NCBI GenBank assembly: GCA_021613535.1
Contig: CP075493.1
Location: forward strand, 9,486,001-9,550,000
Reading direction: 5' to 3'
Length of the DNA: 64,000 nt
Origin: Adineta vaga
Taxonomy: Eukaryota > Animalia > Rotifera
Shown one piece after another: positions 26,346 through 36,796 of the stretch (within the stretch, counting starts at the first letter, position 1; every line of letters starts with the position of its first letter). A model generated the notes under the pieces. The model made no database searches. It was not told the origin of the DNA and was given only the letters and a program-made list of their open reading frames with translations. Made by a program: the position numbers and the translations under genes.

Positions 26346-27627
26346 TTATTGCTTTGAAATAAGAGTCATTTTCAACATTTGAGCACCATGTGATTCAATA
26401 TTAGAAGCAGTATAATTGCCTTGAAATTCTCCCAAATCTTTTTGTGCCCAAAGATCTCGAACTTTGACTTGACTGGTAGTTTTCCAACCGAGATCACTAA
26501 ATGATACTACAATTGTTCGAGAAACATCATTTCCTCGATTAAATGCAACAACAGCTTTCGATCCATCTGCTAATGGGCCAGCCCATACTTCAGTATCATT
26601 ATAAGGGTCAATATGAACTTTTTTTCCTTGAATACCAAGTGAATCTTGATTAACAGCAATAACTTCAGGATTCGTTAGAAGTTCTAAAGTTTCTTTAGAA
26701 ATATTTCGTACATCACAGCCAATAAGTAACGGAGCTTTTGATATTGACCAAAGACTCATGTGAGTACGATATTCATTAAATGTCATTCCACCATTACCAA
26801 TTTCTAACATATCTGGATCATTGAAACCTTTTATAATCAAATGAAAAGAAATATATCAATGGTAAACAAAAATTGAATGCTTACCATGTGGTGCTGCAAA
26901 ACTAGCAAATAAATTATTTATATCAATATTCAATAGCATTGATAACCATATATCAATAATATCTCCTGTTGTTCTCCAAGAATTAGCAACTGAACGAAAC
27001 CATAATGCAGGTAACATTTCACCCCATTCACATGCAGAATAAAATATCGGCCGACCAGTAAGATTTAATGCATCTCGCATACGTTCATAACGTTCTTTGA
27101 TTGTTTTGTTTGTTGGTCGAGAATTACAATTATCATATTTAAGATAATCAACTTTCCATTGTGCGTAAACATGTGCATCAATTTCTTCATAACCAAATGA
27201 ACCTGGTCGACCAGCACATGTATCATAACCAGCATCAGAATAGAGACCAAAAAGAAGACCACGAGAATGAACATAATCAGCTAATGATGCCATACCAGAT
27301 GGAAATGTACTTGGATCAGGTAAAATAAATTTCGTTTTTACATCACGTGATGATGCCCAACAATCATCGACGTTAACATAAGTATATCCAGCTTTAGCTA
27401 AACCAGTACTAACCAATGCATCAGCTGTTTGACGAATAATTGTTTCATTAATATGACAACCAAAATGATTCCAACTATTCCATCCTTAAGCACAAACAAA
27501 ATCACAATCACATGAATTTGTTTCTAATTATCATATACGAACCCATTTGTGGTGTTTTACCAAGTCCATTATCAAGGGAAGATATAGTCGAAAGGAAACT
27601 AAGAATGACAAAAGAAAAGAAAAACAT
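26346..27627 (-). CDS. Alpha-galactosidase, glycoside hydrolase family 27 (3 exons)
   Basis: Signal peptide, then [12 protein letters not shown]|[57 protein letters not shown]. Confidence 0.95.
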
Positions 27628-28056
27628 ATTTGTGTTTTTATCGAAGTGTAATTTCATGCTTATATACGAAAAAGAAAATATAGATGTTTATGTCTGTATA
27701 TGTGTGTGCTTGTGTGTAGTTATCTCAGATAAATTTTCTCTTTTGTTTCTATTCGATAACGCAACCTTACAAATTTTAGTTTTATCAACTTGAAAAAAAA
27801 CAATAACGCCTATTATTTGAATTTTTAATGTAAATAGATTGTTTGAATCCGTAGTAACATTCCGATGACATAGTCCAGTGGGTGGACATACGATGATCGG
27901 ATGAAAACAACGATGATAATTGGTTTATAGATGACAACGAGAGTGATGATGACATAAGGATTACTATTGACGAATATCGAGAGGACAAAAAGAAAAACGA
28001 AACAAGTTGATCATTTCTATCAATAAGGACATTTCAAGTGTATTGTATGTTCAAAT

Positions 28057-29879
28057 ATGTCTAAATTGTGTCTTCTACTATTGATTGCAAGTTTATGGTA
28101 TCCTACAATCATTGATGGAAAACGACGAGGTTGTTTGTTTTTATAGATAGATTCAAATGGATCGATTCATTTCTTTTTAGCAACATCTCAATCACAGCAT
28201 AATTTAGGTGATTTCTGTATGCCAGGAACATGTGCTAGTTTAAATTCAAATTGTAAACGCATTGGTGGAAATGCTTTTCGATGTGTTTGCAAAGAGCAAT
28301 ACATGGCAATAAATAAAACTCATTGTGGTTTGTACAAACTATTTTGTTTTTTGATGAATTCAAGAAGAACAACATTCCATCTGTTTGTTATAATAGTAAG
28401 AGTAATTAATGCATCGATTGATGCAGCGTGTGCATCATGTATCAAACGTAATGGAATCTGTTTGGATGAAAATGCGGATGATCGTATGGAGAAATGTTTT
28501 TGTCCAACAGATAATGATTTATGTAATGATCGACCAACAACTACAACAACATATCTCATACCGTTAACACAACCTTTGAGAAAAAAGTATTGATTGATAA
28601 ATCAATTTTTTTTTAATTTGAAAATAATAATAAAAAATATATTTGTTATAGTATAGCAGGTATGACACCATCGTTTTCAGGACGTATTTCGAAACAAGGT
28701 GATCTGTTACTTGGTTTATATGATGTAAATCAACAGCGATTAATTGATAATGGTGGTTCAGTTGTTATTGGTGATCGTTTATTTATTGAAATTAAATATC
28801 GAACTGGTTTGATAGATAATTTTCAAACGAAAGAATATCCTATTTTCCTTTTATTCTCTAGCTGATCAGATGCGTGATGGTCATCAAATCATAGCAGAAA
28901 ATTGTTCAATTGCTTCGAGTGTTTCCGATAATGAAATAAAATTAGAAAAAATTCAATTATTAACCAATCGTTGTCCATCAATCGATTCGCGTCTATCCAT
29001 ACGTTTTCAACGTATCGATCCATATCATATAAAAAGCACTATTTTTCAAATCAATAAATTTCAAACAACATCTATTGTTTATTTACGTTGTTCAGTAGCA
29101 ATTTGTTCTGGACAAATTGAAAAGTGTCTTGAAGTATCGATCATTATTCTTGATTAACATGTCTATTACGACATTTTTTTTCTTTTATTGTAGCGTTTAT
29201 GTCCAGAATCACGACGATCATTACAAAAAATGAATAATGCATCATCCATCAATTCAGCACCATTCGACTATGTCGATGAAGATAGTGCTAGTGTTGTGGC
29301 TTTAAAACGACGACAAGTTCGTCGAAATATGAATAATGATAATGATAATGATGATCAACAAAACAAAATATCAAGATTAATTACAGATTTAACGAAATCA
29401 TATGATTCGAATAATGATCATTTTGAAATTCGACAAGTACAACAACAATTTTCTATTGAAACACCATTACCTCAACCAGCAAATAAACATAAAACACCTT
29501 ACGGTAAACAATTCTTTTCGATATTTTTTCCTCTATATCTATCTATATAGAAACATTGTATGGTCGAACATCATTAGCAAGTCAAGGTGCTGTTGAACGA
29601 TCAACAGTTATTGTTGCTATATCAGTTATATTTATTATTGGTATATCCGTTTCCTTGTTTGTGATTTATCGTACATGTTATGTTGAATACGTTCAAAAAG
29701 TATATGGTTCAGCATCAATTGCCGGATTTGCTAATGGTCCTGAATCAGTTTATGGAGGATTACGAAGTACATCACAAGTGTGTCGTTACGATATGGGACG
29801 TCGATCTGAACAAAGATTTGATGAAAGTTTCTTTGTTAATAATGTTGAACCATTAGGAGCTTATCGAAGACAATATTAA
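28057..29879 (+). CDS. Type I membrane protein: signal peptide, two EGF-like modules, Thr-rich linker, ZP-C-like domain, furin sites, TM, cytoplasmic tail
   Basis: MSKLCLLLLIASLW; CMPGTC..C..FRCVC; LLLGLY..VVIGDRLFIEI; ENCSI..LLTNRCP..FQINKF..VYLRCSVAIC; KRRQVRR; TM VIVAISVIFIIGISVSLFVIY. Confidence 0.8.
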
Positions 29880-29978
29880 AATGTTAATCGAAGGAATGAA
29901 CTTGAGAATTCTAATAAAGTTACTGTTATTTAATATAACTTTATGAAATGTTATAATACAAGCATTGATTTGTATTTA

Positions 29979-31157
29979 TTATTTCTTTGTTATAAATTCG
30001 TTTTGTTTTCTTTCGATTAAACGTATATCATATGCTTCTTCACCCTTCAATTATATGTATAGATTAAAATTGTTTAAGAATGAAATCAATTTACTTTGTT
30101 AGTTGATCGTATTTGGAATTGAATCTGTTGACCTTGTTCTAATTCTTGAAGATCATCTTGTAAAGAACGTGCATAAATGAAAACATTCTTTCCATTTGAA
30201 GTTCGACGTACAAAACCAAAGCCACTTTGCACCTTTTAGCATGTAAAACTTCCATCATTATTAGGTTCATTGATTTGTTCGACTTACATTCCATTGATTA
30301 ACAATTCCTGTTTCAAACTTATCTTCTTCGTTCATTGTCTGAAACGTACTTCTTTGATCTTCTATAAACATTGAGTTGTATGAAAACATAATCAAATGAT
30401 TAGAACTGATTGTTCGTACTCTTGTCATCTATTGAATTTGTATTTTTGATAATAGAAATATTTCTTGCTTCGATACCACGATCACTTATAGCTTCGAGAA
30501 AATCAACTTCCATACCTTCATGAACCAATTCTAAATCAGTTGGACGCATCCATCGACTATGCATGAAAATATCTGCTCCATCACTTTTTCTAGTAATGAA
30601 ACCATAGCCACGATTTTTTCTATGAATAAGAAAAGATATAATTGATGAGAATTCAACTTGTCTTGTCATATACACAAATTTTCGAATCACACCAATAGAA
30701 CGATCTTTTGTGAGAACTTTCAAATCTTTCACTGATTGGTCATTCGTGTTAACGATTTGACTTTTGACAATGACATCCTATATAGAGGAAAACGAGATAA
30801 ATGTAATAATAAAAACAGTTATAATTCTATAGAACTTACTCGTGCTTCAGGTCCTTTTTTTCCATCGGAAATGTGAAATTCTACTCGTTGTCCTTCCTAA
30901 AATAATGTTTAATGAAAAAAGGATGAGACTCATCTTCTCACCTCTAATGTTTTGAAACCAGTACCAAGAATTGATTGGAAATGTACAAATACATCTGTTC
31001 CATTACTATCACGTTTAATAAAACCAAAACCTTTATCTTTTGAGAATCGTTTAACAATTCCTGTATCTTTGGTGTTATTCACATCGTCTACGACTGATAA
31101 TAATCTTTTAAATTGTAAACGAACAAGATTCGGTCGTCTAAATAAAGACAAAAACAT
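29979..31157 (-). CDS. Protein with three tandem cold-shock domains and an N-terminal mitochondrial-type presequence
   Basis: CSD1 [33 protein letters not shown]|[15 protein letters not shown]; CSD2 [27 protein letters not shown]; CSD3 (missed by the ORF track) TGIVNQWN|[21 protein letters not shown]..|[10 protein letters not shown]. Splice phases are consistent. Confidence 0.88.
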
Positions 31158-31349
31158 CTGAAAAAGAACGAGGAATTCGAAACTATACGTCAGATTCATC
31201 TAATATATCATGAAATTCTTTTATAGGATAAGATTCGTTTACAGTGATTGTTTTTGTAGAGAATAGTATTGAAAAAAGAATTCTAAGATCACATCGATAT
31301 CAACGTTTCTTTATTTGTAATATAAAAATGTATTTGAAAGACTGTACTA

Positions 31350-32258
31350 CTATCGATTGAAAACATAAGATATGACAATAGATATTAAACTAGCTGAAAC
31401 AAACAAAACACCAGTATGATAAGTTATTTTCGACTGAAGACGTTCTTCACTTTGCTCATTTAATAATAAAATATCTTCATAAGCATCTTTTGATGATGAT
31501 GATGAACTTGTTAATTCTCTTTTCAATTCATTAATTGATACTTCTTGTTTAACAATCAAATCTTCATATAGTTTTTGTGATGCACTTGTTATATCACGAA
31601 ATTCTTTCATACGATAACGATTTGATAATGTTGCACCTATATAATAATAAACGAAATGAGATTGAACATATAGATATATACATATGAAAAGTCAGCAATA
31701 TTTACCAATCATTCCAGTTAGAGCACCAACTACTGAACCAATAATTGACCAATATTTCGTTCTTTCAACACGCATTTTTTCTTTCTCTTGACTTTCACGT
31801 AATGCTAATTGTAATGATGAAAAGAATCGTCGTTCAATCTCATCTTGTCTTTGTAATTCTAATTGAGTTGATTTTTCTTTCTTTACCAAATCATGTTCGC
31901 TTTTGAATAGTTCAAAATAGGCATCGTCACTTCGTGATAATTTTTCCATGTCGAATCGAATACGTGCTAATTCATTTTGAAGTTTCATTAGTTCATCGGA
32001 ATATGAACGACGTTCGATTTGAGTTTGTAAGAATTTACGTTCGGCCTACATAGAAAAAAAAAGAATAGATGTAGAGATCGTTGAAATATAAATATCTTAC
32101 AAATGAAGTTACATTACATCATTGACTGCACTTTGAGCTTGTTTGACTTCTTTGAGACCGACAAAATCTTCATAAACATCCAACCAACGATAGAGACGTG
32201 ATGACTGTTTTTCAGTTGTTAGTTTTGAAAAACGACGGAGAGTTATTCGTGCTAACAT
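31350..32258 (-). CDS. CCDC51: CCDC51 / mitochondrial potassium channel MITOK
   Basis: Presequence MLARITLRRFSK; YEDFVGLKEVKQAQ; RESQEKEKMRVERTKYWSIIGSVVGAL; second C-terminal TM. Confidence 0.88.
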
Positions 32259-33074
32259 TGATAATGATGGATGATATAAATAAAATAAAATAATAAATAA
32301 AAGTTAGAGGGAATGAATCATTTTACATCATCGAAGAACCAATCACATACATAACACTAATTCTATCATAGAGCTGATAGGTGGTGTTTTAGTTGAAACC
32401 TGTCCAAATTTCGTGAATTACAAACTCTTGAAAAATCCTGAATTTAATACTCAATTAAAATATGACTGAACTACATCAAGATTATTATACATCCAAGGAA
32501 TTCGAGTTTCTAAAATATGAAAATGAGTGGTGATGGTGTCTATATAGTTGTCGGTTTGAAGAAAGGTTTGAAAAATTGATTTAAAATTGAAATGAATACA
32601 CTTTTGAAAACTGTAAAATGTTGGGATCAAATGTTTCTGATGATTGCACAATCAGATTTTTCTCAATAATTTTCGTTTGTAAAAGGAAAAGGTTGTCGAT
32701 ACGATTGATAACGAAAATATCGAAATATTAGTTTTCTCATCAAATATAAACAGTAAAATTAGAGTCCATGAATATAGATTCTTGTCATTAAATAATTCTT
32801 CATGTTATACATATGAAAGTTGACATATGATAAGATGTTAATAAATTTTAAATTTCAAGAGTAAAGACTGTTATCAGCTTCACTATAAAAAGTGACGTAC
32901 GCTTGGACACAGAATATTTCAACCAATGAAGTATGTATAATGAACATTTCACGTGAATACTGTTTTATTTTGTTCATTACTAATGGAGATACTGATTGGC
33001 AGCTTATCCGAAGTCTTCAGAGTAGAATCTCATAATAGATAATAGACTAACAGCACTTTATACCTTTCCTTTTT

Positions 33075-33082
33075 TATATAAA
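33075..33082 (+). promoter_or_regulatory. Candidate TATA box for the two-ORF unit
   Basis: TATATAAA upstream of a pyrimidine-rich 3' splice site (TTTTGCAG ~33293) and ORF 33372; AT-rich background weakens the evidence. Confidence 0.3.
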
Positions 33083-33371
33083 CGCAGAAAAACAACTGAA
33101 GAGTTTGTTTTCGTTTCACATAATTAATTCAATTTATGGAAAAAATGGCAGTATTTTACATTTTTGTTTCGACATCCAAATATTGACTTTTATTCTTCTT
33201 TAAAATTCTATTGTAATCAGACATTTTCTTTCTCCGTTTTTTCCTCTCTTCGTCTTATTTTCATTCTACATTATACATACACTTCTTTTGCAGTCGGTGA
33301 AACGCAAGAAGAACAAACAAACTTCATTTTAAAGTGTAAGCATCAAAATACAAAAAAATCACAAATAAACG

Positions 33372-33590
33372 ATGTCGTTAAGTCGTCAATTTCTTGTGCC
33401 AACCAATTATGATATTACAAAACAAGTTTATCCAACTGAAGAAGTCGTTCGTAAACGACAATATTATATGGATGAAGTTAAATCAATCAAAAATTATCAT
33501 CAAACCTTGAATAACAAAGTTGCCGATGAAATCAATTTTGCACCTGATTGCTATGCCGACAAATTACGACGTCGAGCTAAACTTCGTTGA
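33372..33590 (+). CDS. Small 72-aa protein of unknown function (possible uORF or first cistron)
   Basis: ATG in good context (AACGATG); coding-like codon and amino-acid composition unlike the surrounding AT-rich spurious ORFs. Confidence 0.55.
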   Translation: MSLSRQFLVPTNYDITKQVYPTEEVVRKRQYYMDEVKSIKNYHQTLNNKVADEINFAPDCYADKLRRRAKLR

Positions 33591-33756
33591 AAGAACTCTT
33601 CGTCTCTAGGAAGACGATTTTCTTTTTCTCTTTTGTTCTCACCTCTTTTTCTTTCTCCCTGACGTGTGTTTTTATCTATTTGTCTGCTTTACAAAAGAAA
33701 AAAGAAAGGACTGAGTAACACATACACGCACATACATCTATTCATTTGTTCTTGTC

Positions 33757-34080
33757 ATGTCGCATAATCCGAATCCTAATGCTGATACATCAGGTTTCAG
33801 TTATCCTAGTGCAGCCGGTATACCTACAAATATTGATCGAATACCTGTAGATATTATACCTACATCGACTTCTTCAATCACTGAATCCTCATCATCTGTA
33901 CCGGTAACAAGTACAAATTCAACATCGAATAGTCGAATAGGACCAGCTATTGACCTTCATCATGGCAAATTATATGATGAACATGGTGGAGCTGGAACAA
34001 GAGCAGATGATCGTAAAGGTGAAATTGTCAAAAATGACGGGCATACAGCAACACCGGTCGCTGTACATGAGGACATCTAA
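33757..34080 (+). CDS. Small 107-aa hydrophilic, likely disordered protein
   Basis: Intronless ORF rich in S/T/P/G/D/H with coding-like composition; AATAAA at 34125-34130. Confidence 0.65.
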   Translation: MSHNPNPNADTSGFSYPSAAGIPTNIDRIPVDIIPTSTSSITESSSSVPVTSTNSTSNSRIGPAIDLHHGKLYDEHGGAGTRADDRKGEIVKNDGHTATPVAVHEDI

Positions 34081-34297
34081 GTGTTTCATCTTCCAAAATG
34101 TATTTTTATTCAAGCAAATTATTCAATAAAATATTAGTCGTATTGCTGTAATCATCAATGTACTTGTTAATATCTAAATTGTCTTCCGTAGGTTTTCAAT
34201 GTCATTTAATTATATAAACAATTATTAAGAACAAATAATATCTAAATATAAATAAATTTTTATCATGAATCTAACAGCTAAACATCAAAAACAATGA

Positions 34298-36429
34298 TTA
34301 ATGATCTCGATCGTCCGGTGATCGATAAGGTAAATTAAGATATTGAAAAATTGACTCTTCTGTTGGTGTTATTAATGCTTGTCCAGTATTAATTTTTGCA
34401 ACACCCTACATAAATCAAAATAATTAGATATTGCATGCTAATGAATAATTTTCTTTTCCTACTTTGCGTACAACACCATGATAGAGTCCATGTTGAGAAA
34501 GTGACATATTCAAACGACGAGCTAAACGACGCATCGATCGATTAAACATTGCTGATCCCGTAAAATAAAGTAAAGAACAAGCCCATTCATTGGCTGGTAT
34601 AAATATCAGATCAATACGACGATGCTAAGGAACGAAATAAAGATATGATTTTGAATCTATGATAAAAACAATGTTTCGTCTTTACTAATGATTGTGGTTC
34701 CGGTAAACGGCATACACCAAAATAAGTCAATTGTTGTTCGGAAGTAGTTCCTGTTGATGATGATGATGTTTCAGAATGATTGATTAAGTCATGAGTGAGA
34801 AATCCTGAAAGAAAACAAAAAGCATTCTAAATCGATGCTTACTAAAATCTAGTTTTCTACCGATTTGTTTCAATTTTTCAATTAATGGTGCAAGTACAGT
34901 TTCGTGAATATGCCTTTTACCATCTTTAAATGTCATTAATATATCTATATCACCACAAGTAGATTTCAATCGACGATAACTTCCACATGTTTCCATCATT
35001 AGACCAGGTACAACTTCATCAGCTGTTTGTTTCACCTGAACAACAAAAGAAAAATGAGTATGCTTTTCAGTCGAATATTTACAATGTTTAAATCTAATCT
35101 CGATATTTAGAAAAACTATTAGAGATTGATATGATGAAAGACAACTAAACAAGATATTTTATTGCATATTTATATACTTACAATTGTTGCAATGCGAGTA
35201 ACTTCTTCTCGAGGAATACGCGCATTAAAATCATTATAATATTTCAAACCAATTTGTTGTGTACGAGTAAGACGTGCTCGTGTACGTAGATCATCAAGTG
35301 TACGAAAACCTTGTGCAAACCATTGTTTCGTTGTTTCAGTACCGGCACCCCATACACCAGCAAATAATGCCACTAAAGATGACAGATTTCTTCAATTGAA
35401 TATCCTTTCTATCTCTTAACTTACATGACGAAACATCATCACGTGATTGAAATGCTGATAATTTGACTAATCCATTTGTACGAATGATTTCCCAGATTTT
35501 ATCGGCTAAAGATTGTTTGACATAAGGCAATGATTTTACTTCCTAAGAAAGTAAAATAAATATTGATCGAATATGAACGAAGAATTTATAGTACTTCATA
35601 AGTACGAATGGGATGTGTACAACGTTTCAGTGCTTCAATTGCTTTTTGATAGGCAATACTACGACCTTTATCATTAGTTATTAAATACAATTTAGACATT
35701 TCCTAGAAGAATCAAGTTTGTTGAATGAAAATTGACCAAAAAGATATTCTTTTTACTCGTAATTTTTCGATAACTTTTTCATTTGGATTACCAATAATCG
35801 GAGTTAATGATGATGCTTCTGAACACAACCATATACCAGTCTAAATGGTTTCTCATATTTAAACAAAACCAAAAAAATATTTGCATACCGTTCGTGGTAG
35901 TTCACCTGGTTGAATTGGTTGAATATCAATATGATGCTAAAAGAGAAAGATTCAAGAAATTTTGAAATTTTACTTCAATATTAACTACTTTTTTGGAACT
36001 AGATTCATCATCTGTATCAGATGCTGATGATGAAATCGAAAGTTCTCGTTTGTAAGATATTCGTTCTATTATGGTTTCATTTTTTATTATAGCTTGTGAT
36101 GTTTCTATTGTTGATGATTCGGAACGCGTAGGAATAGCAGCTTGAAGTATATAAGATTCATGGGATAAAAGTTTGTTTTGTTTAATTGAATCACTTAACC
36201 ATTGCGTTCGAATAAAAACTGGTGATAATATGGATGAATTTTTTAATGCTTTATTTGCTGATACAAAATCTAGTTCGTCATCGATTAAAATAAATGAATT
36301 TTGAGTAGTATGATCAACAACGGTGAGACCAAATTTGATACAAGCTTTATTAAAGATTTCTAAACGACGTTTACCAACTCGTAATAATGATACAATTGTT
36401 GGACAAGAAGAAGTATCACCATCAGTCAT
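34298..36429 (-). CDS. POLL: DNA polymerase lambda (X family) with BRCT, Ser-rich linker, 8-kDa domain and nucleotidyltransferase core
   Basis: [12 protein letters not shown]; [18 protein letters not shown]; [17 protein letters not shown]; [14 protein letters not shown]; HRRIDL; [15 protein letters not shown]; [11 protein letters not shown]. Confidence 0.92.
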
Positions 36430-36796
36430 TAATGTAGAACAAGACTACTCATGTCATGTACAAGAAAATTTGTAATTAACTATCACACATAGATATTATT
36501 GGTCACTGACCAATGTCCAGTGATGTCGCTCATGTACTGATCAATATATATATATATAGATTCATCATTTACTCGGTTATCCAACATATAATTCTTGTTT
36601 ATCATAATTTATGACACAAAAAATATGAAGCGTATTTACAAGAGCCAACAACAATAAACCTGAAAGGTTTATATTTGAAAAATATCCAATATACAAACAA
36701 AAAAAACAATGAATGTTCTTCAATACAAAAGTTTGAAGATCAATATCGGAATATGTTCACTGGTTTTGGTTTATTCACTTAATGCCAGGAAATTAT

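Noticed and set aside
33588-33757. Stop-codon readthrough fusing the two small ORFs
   Set aside because: The 166-nt spacer puts ORF2 out of frame.
35036-35180. Longer POLL intron as a snoRNA or microexon host
   Set aside because: The ATGATGA box-C-like motif is on the non-transcribed strand, and there is no internal donor.
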